Assembly: GCA_973895155.1 (NCBI GenBank)
Contig: OZ316891.1
Coordinates: forward strand, 18,149,702-18,213,701
Origin: Marsupella aquatica
Taxonomy: Eukaryota; Plantae; Marchantiophyta
Direction of reading: 5' to 3'
Length of the DNA: 64,000 nt
Of the stretch, positions 27,086-41,367 are shown one piece after another (the first letter of the stretch is position 1; every line of letters begins with the position of its first letter). The notes beneath the pieces were generated by a model. The model did not search any database and had not been told where the DNA came from. It saw only the letters and a list, made by a program, of their open reading frames with translations. The translations under genes and the position numbers were made by a program.

Positions 27086-28762
27086 TAACAACAGAGGGAA
27101 GTCTTCCTGGCAATTATTGCCCGTGAAAAGCCACAATTTTTCTTTCCAAGTGCGTGAAAGATTTTCTCTAGACTCTAGTTTTAATAGTTACATTCAACAT
27201 CATTAGCATGTTCTCAGTTTGATCTTCCAATTTTCACAAACACTACCTAACCCTTTGTCCAAGAGATAGCCTAACATTCCAAAAGTGTGCATTATTTAAG
27301 TTTCCAAACACTATCTAATGTTTTCACGGACAATAAGTCTTTCGTTTTGAGCCAATCTGATAGTCCCTGGTGTAGTCTATGACTTGGCTTGATTGACCGA
27401 CATAAGAGCTGCTGGCAAGCTGCATGAATATCACATCATTCCCAAGGCCAAACCCAGAAGATCTGCATACATAGAGACCACCATTTCCACCATTTGCTCG
27501 GTCTTTAATATCCATCTTCACGTGACCTGGACTTCTTATTTTTTCTGCCTCAAAAAATTTCACAAGCATCAAATTCCCTTTGACTTCCTGTACCCCAATA
27601 TAGGATCCCACGTTCTTGACTTGCTGAGCAGGTTCGTCAACTGAAGATGTGACGTGCCCAATGCCCAGCGTGATATTCCCATCCGCTTCAGATGAGGAGA
27701 CCACACGTTACCAAGCACTGATTTACTTTATCTAAGTGTATAATCACTCTTAAAATATTCATCAGGGCCTTCTCTATAGAGTGAAACTTGTGTGAAATCT
27801 CTCGATCATGATTATGGGGCATAAGTGACATTAGAGTAGAGGTGGAAAATGGTTATTGGAGTGAGTCTCTGAAAATGACAGTGGGAGAACTCGGGACACT
27901 GGCTTTGTGCACATCGGTCAACTGGAAACGAGCTTGAATTTATTTTCCTCTAATTAGGCTCAAAGAACAGGCAGTACGGCCAGTGAATTGGAAATCACAA
28001 TACCAGGTTTTTCATTTTGCTGCTTATTAGGGATTCAGTTTGCCCTTGTGGGGGACTCTTGGGACATTTGGCTATTTGGGCTTCCTAAGGTTTTTTTCCT
28101 TGTTTTCTCCCCTTTGGGTCTCTGATCCCATCTGTAGGTTTGGGGTCTTTGAATTGGGATCTGGTCACTAGGTTTGGGGCACTTTGTTCCTTGGCAATGT
28201 GATATGTAAATGGAAATGGCTCATTGTACAACTGAGAACCTTTGCAAGATGGCACTTAGGTCAATGGCATTTTTTTTGGTTCTCTCAAGATTGAATTTAA
28301 CATTCTTTTACAAATAAAACCACAAGCATATGGAGATCTATGAGAACAATAGATTATTTCTCATGTAGTGTAGGGATTGAATTTATTAAAAGTTTTTTCC
28401 GAAAAAAATTCAGAGTAAAGTTTACTTCATCTACAGGGTCAAGTTTGTGAGCGTCAACTTCTTCCATAGTCATACGTGTTGTTCCTTGGTTGGATGCATG
28501 GGCTCCAACTAGCTGGCAATGGGTGCGGTGGCTTGAGTGGGTTGTTTTAATGTAACACCAAAACACTACTTGAATGGGTTCTTTTAATGTCACACTAAAA
28601 CACCAGCTTGTTTCATGGCAAACTTGAGTTCTCACCAGTAAGTGCAATTGCTAGTGGGTTAATTTAGTGTATATTTTGAGACATCACATGTCATCCAAGT
28701 CTCATGTAAATACTCTAATTTATAAAATACCTATTCTAGTAATTATCTTCTTTCAATGTTGA

Positions 28763-29042
28763 CACTCGGGGGTTTCACTTCCACAAAAATGGCACATCAC
28801 GTGCGACGAAGTATAGTGTCATTTTATTGGTTCAAATAGAAAATTTAAGAATTTTCTGAGAAAAACAATAAGGTTTTTTAAATCAAATTTTGAGACTTGT
28901 AAAAAGATTAGGGTCCTTATAACCAAAATTTTGGAATATTCCAATTTTATAGGGGTTCAATTTTTTTCCTTACATTTTAGGGTCTAAGGCCTAAAAACAT
29001 TGCAGGTGATAAGGAGACATCCATATAATAAGACCCCGAGTG
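28763..29042. mobile_element. Possible 280-bp MITE with CACTCGGGG terminal inverted repeats
   Basis: CACTCGGGG at 28763 and CCCCGAGTG ending at 29042, with an AT-rich interior. No perfect TSD (flanks TTGA/CTGA). Confidence 0.45.
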
Positions 29043-30717
29043 CTGACCATATATTTTATTTTTTGAAAGATATATGTTAGTATTTTGTCAATTATAATAT
29101 CTCCTACACCTTTTAAAATTTTAGCTAATTTCCATTGAAAGTACCTAGTCCGGATTGCATCTAGTTCCTACAAATTTTGGTTAGTTGACAGACCAAGGAT
29201 CCAGCAGTTAAATACATTCTAGACTATTTTTGTGTCACAGTTGGTTGTGTGCATTGGGGTACCCAAGGAGGGCCTATCACCTTGGGAAGAGAACTGTGTA
29301 CAAGAGGCTACTAGGGGATGTGATAAGTGTGCAAATTATACCAAAGGATAATAAATAAATATACGAAAATATGATGATACATGTGGTACACCTATACCTA
29401 CATACTTTACCTTACTGTGAAGGAGCGACAGACATAGAGCATGGGTGAGAGGTTTATGAAGAGGAGAAGAGATGTACTTTAATTTGTTTAATTTCAACTT
29501 AATTTGTTGTTTTAACTGAGTTATGTTTCCCTATTTCTTTTAATATTGTTGGAGGTATAGGGTCCTGCTGTTTTTTTGTTTTTCTTTTTGTCTGATTTCT
29601 AGTCAAATTCATGGGACCAAGTTGACCCTTGCCCACCTTTTCCACGTTTCATGTTTTTCTAAGATCAGGTGGACATTTCTTTTTCCATTTGTGAGTGCAT
29701 GCAAATAGTTCTGGCAAGGGGATTCAACCTGGCTTGTACAACATTTCGTTTTGGCCCTCATTTAAAGTTTACTTATCTCTGTCTCCCAAGTTTACTTGTT
29801 TTGCATCACTTGGCATATTTTCTGGGTTGCTCCAGTAGAGTGTGGGCCTTCTCCATGGGATTAGTTTTCCTTGAAACCCATTTGCACGGGTCACTTTTTT
29901 GCCACAATCTTTTGTGTTGACCCAAAACATCCACATTGACAATACATTGCACCCCATTTGCGGTGGTTGTTTCTTTCAAGAGCCAAGGGAGAATGGGATG
30001 GACAGACAGACTGTGGAGAAAGGGAACATAACAATGGGGACTCAAAGCGCCCCCCCCCCTGCGTCTTTGTTTGCACCCTGTGTCCACTTGCCTTCCTTTT
30101 CCCACCACCTCCTTCACATGACCACCTCCTTCACATGGGGAGGGGGAAGTGAGAAGGGGGAGGGAAAGGAGGGAAAAAGTGTTTGGATGACCCTACTTGG
30201 ACCCCATAGGCACCATCTTCTGTCTCTCACAGATCTCTTAATCTTGCTTCCATGACACTTTCTTTCCTCAATGACTTAGTTCTTACACAACATCTTTTGC
30301 ACAACAACATGTTTCACACAGATACATGTTTTAATTAGGTACCATATTTTGCATTGACATCATAATTTGCGCAATGACATCTTTAATTCTGTCTTTTATC
30401 TAGTCTTTTATGCAACCACCCTATTTAGGGAACATTTGTTTTTGCAACTACTTTTTTGTAAAAACATCGTCTGTGCAACATTGAGCTAGTGCCCCACCAT
30501 GGGGAACTTTTACTATATACTTTGGTAGTAGTATGTATGCCACTTTTTACGGAGCATTGGCATTGGCTATATCTGTATGTATTAGCTCCATAATGTATTA
30601 TGCTTGCATGTATCCCTCAAAAGCACTTGTGACAGTGCTTTACTCTACACGGAAAAGCTTGTGCCACAAAATAAACTAGATTGACTCCAACATTGTGACC
30701 AGGTTTGTAGAGCCCTA

Positions 30718-31538
30718 CCATCTTCCCCCGAAGACAACGCCCAGGTGCTATATTCGAATAGTGGGCCGGGGTGCGCTATATTCGCTTGTGATCCTGTGTT
30801 CAAAAAATGACGTAGTGTTTGAGTTTGACGTGTGTTTGAGTTTGGGCGTTGTGTATAAGGCTAGGAGATTGATTTATGGTGTAAGCACAAATAAAAGTCT
30901 TAAAGAAAGTGTTTGGGAATGTGTAGGTAATTCAAACACTGAAATTACACAAGGGAAGAGAGCCAAGAGGATCTCTATCCTATTACCAAAAGGAAAGCCT
31001 GTCACAAATTTGATGAACCTATTTGTAGGAGATAAGTCAGAATAGGAGTTTAGAGATTCATTATTGGTCTAATTTCTAATTTTGTGAATGCACACATTCA
31101 CATAAGAAGTTTCACAAGGAGATAAAGTTGTTGAGTGCCCTTTCAGTCGAGTACGTGTGTCTGAGCTTTTGCTCCAAAAATTGTTGCGACTATTGCTACA
31201 GATGCTGCGAAAACTGTGGACAACTTTTTGTTCAGTTTTGCTTCAGCTTCGAATGTAGTGGGAAACATAAAATCGGATCTCTCTCAAACACAGGGTGCAA
31301 TTTTGAACACAGCGCCAACTATTCGAACAGAGCGCCAACTTCAAATCTCTCAAACACGGGGTGCAATTTCGAACACAATGTCAACTATTTGAACACAACG
31401 CCAATTTTGAACACAACGCCCGGGCGTTGTGTTAATAAATATGACGTTGTGTTTGAAGAAAACAACTTTTTCCTCTTAGGACCCTAAAAATCCCATATTT
31501 GAACACAGTGCCCGGGCGTTGTGTTCGAGGGAAGACAC
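30718..31538. mobile_element. Tc1/mariner/pogo-type MITE with TA target duplication
   Basis: The left end TA-CCATCTTCCCCCGAAGACAACGCCCAGG is an inverted match to CCCGGGCGTTGTGTTCGAGGGAAGACAC-TA. Many internal GAACACAACGCC subrepeats occur in both orientations. Confidence 0.8.
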
Positions 31539-34243
31539 TAGGTCTGTATCTGATCAAAAGGAGGCATGTTGGAGAAGAGGAGGTTACCTATGGGCAAGCC
31601 ACATAGCTGCCTGGCTATTGTGGGTGCTACGTGGAGAAAGGCTCTTTAGAAAAGTTCAAAATGGCAAAGACTTACTGTTGGAGGATAGTGCTTGGTCTGC
31701 CATGTAGCACCCTTTCCTCAGGCTCCTACCCTCCTTTTCTACAAAGCCATAGGTGCTTGGCTTTTGCAATGGAGATAAATAATCTTCCCCTACACTCCCT
31801 GAGGCCCAGGCCCAGGGTTTCTTTTTGTATTTTGGGCACGTGACACACATGGCAAGTTGAGAAGCCCCAGGTTAGCAAAACTTTGTATTGTCACGTTAGT
31901 ATCAAAACCGTATATATATCTAACAATGAGCAACGATTGGCAATGACTCAGTGAGTGATATAAAAGTTTCAGTGAGTCATCTGACTCAGTTTTATGTGAG
32001 TTTTAGTGAATCAGATCAGTTGGGAAATAACTTAATAAAAATTTTCCAAAACCTCTTTATATCACTCGCCAGCCCCTTCATATTGTTAACAAATGTGCAA
32101 AATTTTGCAAAGAAAGGAACACTGGCTGGGCCAATTGTTATGGGCACGGTGGCAGAGTGCCACAGTGCCATTCTGGTTTGCGCCAAAAGTTACATAATTA
32201 AGAGCCATTGTGAAAAATCAAAAATGAAAATATTTTGTGAATGTAACACTTAACAATATTCAAAGTATGGTGATGTAGATACTGACTTTTCAGTGTATCC
32301 GTTATTTAAAAAATTTATCAATGGTCATCGTTTTTTCAAAGTGTTCAATCGTCAAGCCATATTTCCACAACAAGTGCTTAGGGGTGGTTTCGTTCGTAGC
32401 CGTGTTTTTGTGACGAATCCCAGGTTTTGACCATCAGCGGATAAACTTTGCTTCCGCATCATCACCCCTCTCATGCAGGTGGATTGAGCTGTATGACTTG
32501 ACACCCTTGGTCCATTGAAGAGTTGCTGTGAAGAAAGTTCATTCCAATCATGCAAACTGGGCATCAGAATATTCGCGCTTCTCCCACACTTCATGGGTCC
32601 ACCACACCAGCACTGTAGCACGCGCTGGAGAAAAGCGGTAGTACCTAGAATTGGAGATGGATATCGATCGCAAGAGAAGAGCTCATAGCGAGGTTTTCGG
32701 TAGGAATCCAAGAATTGAGATATTGTGCTAACTTAGGTCGGCAAATTGCTCAACTGGGTTCCCCTGTTGACGAAATCTGAGAGCTCGACCCTTTATACCA
32801 GCTGAAATGTGGGTTGGATCAGAGTTATATGGTATTTACTGAAAGGGTGGACGGTTCACATGGGCAGACAAATATGAATTAGAAATGGTTTTGAAGGCAG
32901 TTAAAGGTCCTTTACTTTAAGTTCAAGGGCAGCAGCTTGAAATCTCATCATCGAGAGCTTCATTCCTAATCGCATTGGTCGGAGCATTGGTCGGGGGCAG
33001 TTTCGTTCTCTTCCCAGATACAAAGGTTGCCCGATGTGAAAAGAAATGCAATCAAAGTGGAAAAATGAATCTCCAAGCCGACAAACATGAATCATGAATG
33101 ATTTGAAGCCCGAAGGCCCTTAACTAAAAGGTTAAAGGACAGGAGCTTGACGACCATGCAATCAGAATGTAGACCCAGAGCACAGACATATGAGTCATGA
33201 ACCACCGTAAGCCAGATAAGGAAGGTCCTTTACTTAGGCAGCAGCTTGAAATCTTATCGTCATGAAACAAGTTTATGACATGGCCAGAGCCTGTCTGTGA
33301 GTTACGTCTGACGATCTGATTTGTCGCTGGGATGAGACAGGCCAGAATGCCTTTCGGGGAAAGCAATTTTTTCGTTTTTCGAGAGCTTCCCAACTTTCAT
33401 GCTTTCATGTGCATTAAGAGGGCACTGATTGGTCATACTACGAGTAACAAGAACGATGGAGACTTCAACACCGAGACAAGAAGAAAGTCATTTACAAAGG
33501 GACACGAGCCTCAGGATTTGGCCATGTGAGCTGTTTTACCTGTAATCGAAAAGACGCACAAATATCAATTGGAGTGTTCCCCTCCAGATGATGATTGTCT
33601 GGACGTATCATTCCTACCAGATTTTGTGAACAAAGACACTCCCTACGGGGAGACACTCCCTTTAACTAAGTTTCGTTCTCCATCAGCAATGAATCTTCCA
33701 TCAAAAATTTCCTAAGAACAATGTTGTAGCTCCCTGAGCGTTTAAGTACTGCGTGACGAGCGAGAAAGAGGAGAATAAACATGGGAGCCGAGCCTAAAAA
33801 ATACGGAGGTAGTAATCTACAAACGTTTGCCCAATCTCTAGCCAGAGCCCAAATGGGGTTTATTGGCAAAAGTAGGGCGAGAAAACTTATGGGGACCAGC
33901 AGAAGTTGACAATGATAAGAATGAATCAATCCAGAGGGAGAGGTAGAGGGAGAGGTAGAGGGGAAAAGGGTGGGGTTTTCTTTCTTTCCAGCTTATGACC
34001 TAACCAAAAAGCCACCTTTTCCAGGTGGCGACGAAGAGATGACTAGGATTGAATCGATCCCATGTTGGATTTTGCAATGGAAAGATCGAGACGATCTCTC
34101 AAAGATTCTGGAGGATTGAAAGACCTGCTGCTACTGAACTGCGTTCTCTTGCTCGATCAAGAGAGAAATAAACTCTCATAACTTAGGCGTGAAATGGGAC
34201 AGAGAGGAAAAAAAGAAGACGAGAGATCTCCTTAATTTTGTAT

Positions 34244-37200
34244 CTACCGTTCTTGGATGAGCTCACGGACTGGAAGTGAGCTTCCAGAGAGGGTTGTCTC
34301 GAGTGGCCCGGAGCACCTAGATCCCTTCTCAAAGCTGCTGGAAGAATGGGGTGTGACGCCTAGAGAGGGGGGGCCGCCGCTGGCTCCTCCAAGCACGTCA
34401 TTGACGGAGGACTCGCCCACTATCTGAGGAGGCCGACGACGTGCTTGATATTGCTCTTCGTCCGATGAGTTCTCGCTGTTGGATTCTTCATCGGTGTACC
34501 CATCATGCTCATCTTCTCCGACGGGGCCAACACCACCCACACGGGAGGGAGCACTGGAGCTCAGTTTGCGTGCACCAGCTGCCCCACCTATTCCCACATT
34601 GCTGGGCACTGGGGACGAGATCTCCAACCCAGGGTCGGAGATCTCTTCGTGTTTTCTCCATCTGGGGAAACTGGCCTTGGCTATGTCCCGCAGCATCTTC
34701 ATCTCGTTGGATTTGGGATCATTCTTGACCCTCCTGGTGGATCTCTTTCCTTCCAGAGACCGAGACCTGTTCCACTGGCTGCTCCAATTGACATTGGGTT
34801 TGCTGTTCACCTGCTCGTGCTGCTGCCGTTGCGCTGATGCAACTCCAGCTGCTGCCACGGCTCCTGCGGAGGCCGAAGAGTCTGCTTTGATTTCGCCGGA
34901 CACCACTGCTTCCTCAGTGACCGCATTCCTGGGATCAATGAAGGCTGGGGACCCGGGGTCGTAGCCCGGGATGGCCGGGGCAGGACCGATGGCAATGAGG
35001 GGGCTTCCAGTGTGCACAGAAGTGCTGCTTCGTCTGGCTTGGGTTAGCATCTCTGGATCTTGCAGCTCTGCCCTCTCGGGGCTGAGAGGGACCACTGGGA
35101 CGAGACCTGTTCGAGGCTGCTGTTGGCCGAATGGTTGATGACGGCTGATGAATCTTCCCCAATGCCCTCGGGGAATGAACGGGAGAGCAAGGCCCCGGCC
35201 CAGCATTTTCATGCCCACCTTGACTGATGGTTCTTGAGCTGGAGACAGGCGGAGCAGTTGCTTCATGAGAGCGTACCACTCGTTCACGAGCTGTGACACA
35301 AAGCTGAGCAAGAGAAGAGCGAGCAGGGCTATCCCGAGGCCCAAGTGGTCATCAGCAGGATGACCAATGCCAATTAATACCATAGCAATGACAAATAAGG
35401 CAGTCTCGCAGATGAGGGAGATGCTCTCCACTACTTGCACTCCTCGCTTGATGAAGGGCTTGAAGATGATTAGGTAGAGGAGCTGAAACACTGTGAAACC
35501 CAGGGCTATGGAGACCTGGAGCCATGATTTGTCTGATCTTGCAAAGGCTCCAAAGATCACACCCAGAGCGATCCTTCTGGAAATGTCCACCAATATGTAC
35601 GCAGCTCTGGCACCTCCCAAGATCCTTTTTATCACTGGCACGATGACCTCATCATTCTCGTCATCCGAATTCACAGCTCTCATTCTCCCTACGCCATTAT
35701 TTCCACTCTCGGTCCATTTTGGGAAGCTCCCTCCAATGTCGGCATCCAGAACTATCAACTTCGGAGGCCCTTTTCGATCCTCAATGAGCAATCCATACCT
35801 GGGCAAGAATGCAGGTGCTAAGCCATCTTGGCGCATCCATCTAGCTACCGTCTTGGGTCCTACCAATAATTCAACGAACTTGCTTGTCCATGAGGGACGT
35901 GCCTCAACCTCACCGGACTGCTCTGTCGGGCGAATAATCACCTCCTTGTATTGCACCAGTGATCCCATGAAAATGGCTATGATGAGGAACAAAACCACCG
36001 AGAGCAGGAATGCTGCAGGTACCGCCAACAGCAGGACCCCTATGATTATGCCTAAAGTTGTACCACCTGCAGTCAGTCACACCACTTCCATCAGCCTTTT
36101 TTGTAAATTTATGATTGGATACAGATTCAAAAGCTTTGCCCAGTGATTATGGAATAAATCGCCTGTGGGAGTGTCGTAGGAATGGGTTTATGCACCCTGC
36201 ACTGCCATCAAGAGGTACTCCTAACTTCGTTCTGTCATCGATTGGACTAGCCATCTAACCTGTCTTGAGAGAACTAAAGGCAGACACCAATGAGATAAAG
36301 AGCCTCGTCGTAAACGTAAGAACTTAAGTCACAGGGTTACCTCGGATGATGAACGCCGAAGCTTGGCAAATGCAAGGAATGGCGAGAATCAAGAGGAAGA
36401 TTTCAAATCGAGGAATTGTAAGGGCGCCCCTCACAGAGGTCTTGGTCCTCAACTTCAAGAACAAAAGCAATACTACGTGAAGTATGATTAGCCCTCCACC
36501 AACAGCACCAACCCAAAACATGTTCCTGGCAAAGTCACGCCATCTGCAACCAAAACCAAAACATTTCGCGGTAATGAGAGCTTGGCCCTTTTCTGCGTGT
36601 ATATGCAGCTCTACTACAGTGGGCGCAAATGTGAGAGTTCCAATCAAAGCTATAGAGATGCAAATATGCACAATTTGCAGGCATAACCAGAAACATACAA
36701 TCAGAAAGTAAAATAAAATCATTTACCCTGTGTATTCGGCTTGGTAAAATAAGTCTTGGAGTTGATCATTTGAGGAGCCAACCTGCAATCAAAGCCCCCA
36801 CAGAACCTCGATTAAATGTCGACAAATGGCAAGATCAAGGAAACTTTAAGATAAAGACTACCCGCTTCTAAGCTGCAAAAAACAGAGCTAAGAAACCTGT
36901 AGGAGTCTTACCTGAAAGTATGTGGCGTAATCATTGGGATCGAGTGCAGGCCCATAGAGACTCATGTTTGAAACCAGTTTCCGTCGGGTTCTCCAGTGGG
37001 GATCTTGCATATTTGCAAAATCTGGCCTATCTCCACCAATAGATTGCCGATCTTTGGAATTCGTACCCGTATGTGAGGACTCGTCTACAAGACCGACACC
37101 ACTATGACCAACGCAGTCATATGGAGCCAATAATTTTCTTCGTTCAGGAGACATTAATTTTAAGACTGGTTCATTTGGGTTGACCGGTTGTTGAAGTAGC

Positions 37201-40200
37201 GTGTTGCTCAACGAACTTGAGTTATGCTGTTTCTGCCAGGGGGGATTCACATGAGGTATCATCCATCTCAACCCCCTCGTTGTCTCCCTGTATTCTACTG
37301 GTAAGCTTGCAGCCAACCAGTCCGATAATGCAAATACTTGGAGATGGCTTGCCATACCCTGCCAACATGCGGTCCATGAGCCTCAGAAAAACACAGCTGA
37401 GATAGACATTTCTGCAATCCAAATACTCGTCAGACCTGATTCTTTCAATAGGAAAGAAGAGAAAACGAAACGATCAACATACCAACAAATTCCTTGATGG
37501 ATCAGAACTGATGGAGCCTGATGTCTGGCTAGTCAGCACTCCTGCAGCGGCCAGAGTCGCACATGAAATGGAAAGAGCACCAGATGCCAGGGCTGTTGCA
37601 AGAAGACCCGCGGTGGTGAAGGAGTACAAAGCAATAGCAAACGCCGGTTCATTGTCTGCGCAGACATGGGCAACAGAAGACACTATTTAATGAATACACC
37701 AAATTGCATGAACACAATACTCCAATCAAAAGGCTTCATGGCCATTTCCTAAATTGTAAATCCCCTTCACCGAAGCCGTGTGAGGAACTCGCTATCTCCG
37801 AAGCCAATTGTTGTACATCCCTTGATCTTTTGTTGGAATTCAGAATGGTCCCAATAATCCCCAGACGATAACTAATTTGAGGGAAGGGGAGATATTGTCA
37901 GGGGCGTTTCCTTCTTAGAGTTGGGGGAAGTATGATTCTCAATTGCTTCACGGGACAACGAAACCACTGGTGCAATGAAAGCGAATATCCATGCACTTGA
38001 TGTCTTCAATTTGCTAAATGTGAGTACATCCTACACATCTCAAGAAAAGCAGATTTCTAGAACCAAAGAAAGAAGAAACTTACAGTGCTTAATTCGCAGC
38101 GTATTAGACGGTTGGTTTGCATTTCCAGCTATATCCTGAGTAACGTTCCCTTGAACACTAACTGAGACGGCATTATCATCAACTATGTATACTTCTATAG
38201 TGTAAGTGCTTCTCGACACCTCCCTAAAACTGCAAATCAGAAACAAGGATCTTATTAGGATGACAATTTTGTGACCTGTCATTCCAGCTCTCCTCAATGA
38301 CAGATTTATTTACAATTAGTACAGGCCCAGGCAGAAACGAAGGAGACGGGTGGCAAACTCGGATTCTACTTTCGAAAACCTTCGGAATCGACACACAGAA
38401 ATCGAAGGGATTGCTCAGATTCCACATTTTACCTGGTCCATGTGCCTCCAGAGATAGACACGTTTCCAGGACCGAAGACGAACACTGGCTCAGTGAATTG
38501 AATTAAGAAAAGAATCACGTGATTCTTAGTTTTAGCGAGTGAAGTCGTAGTGAGGGACACCGCTGGTGGAACGCTGTCTGATAACCACAACAATGACGGC
38601 GCTCAATTGTCAAAACACAGCAAAGCAGCGGCAGATAGCAAACAACCGTCTCACGAGAATCCCGAAAGAAACGACGTTAGGAGAGGTCTCACGACAACTA
38701 ATGTCATATGTTCTATCCGCAAATTGAAAGACGACATCAGGAGAGGTGTAGAATAGACTTTGAAGAAAAATAGAGATTAGTTTGAGAATAAATTCAACTT
38801 TTCGGACGATATGCAAATACATGGGTTCTTTGAGGCAACGATCTTCCAATCTTCCAGACAGAGTGCAGCTTAAGATTTTCTTCGTACCGTACAAGAATGT
38901 GATGTTAGCTGTCTGAGTCACATACGTCCCGTACTTATTGTGCGTAGAATTCCCCGGCAGGGACAGAGAAATTATGGAGGTTTCAGAGACGTTGACGATC
39001 TGCAAAATCCACACCCCAACGTCACTAGACATGAGCAAAAGATTGGAAGTGCGCAGAGATGAAAATTGCACGACAGTTCGCAAAGTTTTATTAGAGATTC
39101 GACATCAAAATGGGTAGGGTGGAGTCCATACCAAGAACGCAAATCGACTGTTCTTGAGGCCTCCCCGGTGAGTCTGAACCAGGTTGCCTTGATTAATTTG
39201 AAGTGACTCATTGAGCGGTACCGAGGTCAGAATAGCCTCCGAAAAGTCTAAGTACACAATCAGGTCGGCTGAGCTGCTTGTTGCCGTGATGGTCCTATAT
39301 TCATTGTTGATCTGCACCTGTTGGTTTTGGGCGGGTGTCCACATGTTCAATGTGGGAATCGAACGACCTGCAGAGAATGATGTTCTGCAACGTGAGATGA
39401 TGAAATAAATCGCCTCAGTGCGATTAGTCTACGGTGCATTTATCTTCTAAGTATACCACATTTCAGCTCCTTAGGACCGTCAGGAAGCGCGATCAGCAAA
39501 AAATTTCTTATCATCCTCTTTCAATACGTATTCATGAAGGACTTTGGGGGGTTGGTGTAGCTGGAGCGGCGAGTTACATACCAAATCGGACAATGATTAC
39601 GGAAGACGCATTTCTGACGAAGCCGTTGCCTGCAGCATCGAAGCAGATGGGCGGATTGGTTCGGTCCATTCTAATCGATACTTTGCCTGTTTCGAGGGCT
39701 GTAGATAAAGCGACCGTGAAGGAGTACTCGAGTCCAAAGACGATTGTGGCGAGGGTGGAAGGTATGATCGTCCCAGGACCGTTGACGTAGGCCTGTGTCA
39801 TTGTGCTACAATCTATTAGGTCCATCCATAGCAAAAAATTAGGCATCGACATGAGCTACAGTATCTCGCACCTACACAGCTAGCACCCACTTTCCTGGGG
39901 ATCCTAGGTCGAGGTCATGCAGAGAGTGAGGACTGAAAAGACAAAAGCTACAATCTATTAGGTCCATCCATTGCAAAAAATCAGGCATCGACATGAGCTA
40001 GAGTCTCTCGCACCTACACAGCTAGCTCCCACTTTCCTGGAAATTTTAAGCCGAGGTCATGCAGAGAGTGAGGACTCAAAAGACAAAAGTCATGCGACCG
40101 ACGCAAATTGTGACAGGGAGGAATCCGTGAAACAACTGAATCCAGCTATTGATCGACTTTTGTGAAGAATCTTCCAGGACTTCGAGAAGCATTCAACAGC

Positions 40201-41367
40201 AGAGTGGTACAATAAGAAACTCACTCCGCATTTCGAAATATTAGGACACTGAAAACCCGGTCCAATGCATGGTTCGCTGAACTTGACGTTCACAGTTATG
40301 TTAACCGCATTGGTGAATGCTGGTCCAGCGTCGAGGACAGCCGTGGGAGGGATCGTATCTGCACGCAATCCGCAAACAGGGTACCTCAAAAATTTGCAAT
40401 GACATCAACTTCAGCCTTAACAATTAAAAATTTGCTGAGTGGAGGCGCCGCTGCATTTCACTGAGTCTGTCCCGTAATGGTGAATATCCTTCCGTAAACA
40501 GTTTGTTGGGAAAGAGGTCTATTTCTCACCAACTATCCAACTTGTCTCGTTGGGGTAGAAATATCCCCTAGCAGTGCTCACAATAACTGTGAAGACATGG
40601 TTTCCATTCGCCAAGTTCGTGTATACTGCAATTTGAGTTGAGCAGTTCACATAAGGCCCAGAATCCAGCTGCAAATGACAGACCAGCCCACAGAGGGTTC
40701 ATGAGAGATTCCAATTCCTGAACCAGTGTAGGACAGCATCTTCAAAATTCGAGCAGCCTCGACTCCTCAATGATCCGTGCTTACGATACGCAAACCAGTG
40801 GTGTAATGTTGAACATTCGCCATTTGGCCACTGAAAATTTCAACCACTCTTTGAGAGAGAGGCTTTTGAAATTCTACACAAGTTCTAGTCTTCCAAAGGA
40901 CTCTACGCAGAGACGTGGAATGATGAATGGGTCAACAAAAACTACATTGTCACAAGCCTGGTACCAGTGGAGATGAAATGCTGCCAACAGTCGACATCAT
41001 CAAAGGAAAGACGGTAAAGAACGAGAGGGATAGAGAGAGGAAGCAAACGGCCAGAGCAAACGCTTGGCAAAGCTTCCCCAGAACTGTGCCCTCTTACCTT
41101 ACATTGGTTAACACATTGATCTGTTGCACACGGATTGCTACCATTGGCATCAACAACGCCCCACCTGAAAGTGGCCGTGGTGTTAGAGGTCACCGGGGGA
41201 GGAGTCTCAAAGAAACTGAAGAGAACATCCTCGGTCGTTTGCCCCTCCACTCCGCCCCTGGTGACAGCCAGGAGGATGAGTACGGCGAAAAGAGTGGACC
41301 AAGGAAGACGGCCACCACTTCCGATGTCCATCTTTTTGCCAAACCAGTGCTCCTTCCCCTTCTTCAT
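34244..41367 (-). CDS. Signal-peptide, Ig-like-repeat ectodomain, multi-pass transmembrane protein (At3g48200-like, uncharacterised), 13 exons, ~1364 aa
   Basis: Exons (minus): 41367-41098, 40668-40530, 40358-40225, 39792-39582, 39367-39132, 38999-38888, 38577-38433, 38229-38084, 37655-37483, 37358-36912, 36782-36727, 36543-36341, 36066-34244. All GT-AG, phases consistent, 4095 nt. Features: hydrophobic signal (STLFAVLILLAV); Big/Ig-like signatures DTIPPTAVL...FSEP, DAAGN, DSVPPAVSL...FTEPV, DIAGNAN; SHLQVFALSDWL...PVEY; several TM helices. An alternative start lies at 41331. Confidence 0.9.
39805..40089. repeat. Intronic tandem duplication, 2 x ~142 bp
   Basis: GCTACAATCTATTAGGTCCATCCA...GAGTGAGGACT..AAAGACAAAAG begins at 39805 and at 39947. 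Confidence 0.92.

Noticed and set aside
27680-27715. Minus-strand VWSPHLKR, reminiscent of a LINE ORF2 C-terminus
   Set aside because: It is an isolated 8-mer with no supporting upstream or downstream similarity.
34441-36146. Antisense ORFs over the last exon of the membrane-protein gene, and similar ones over gag-pol and the F-box gene
   Set aside because: They are shadow ORFs of real coding sequence with no independent motifs.
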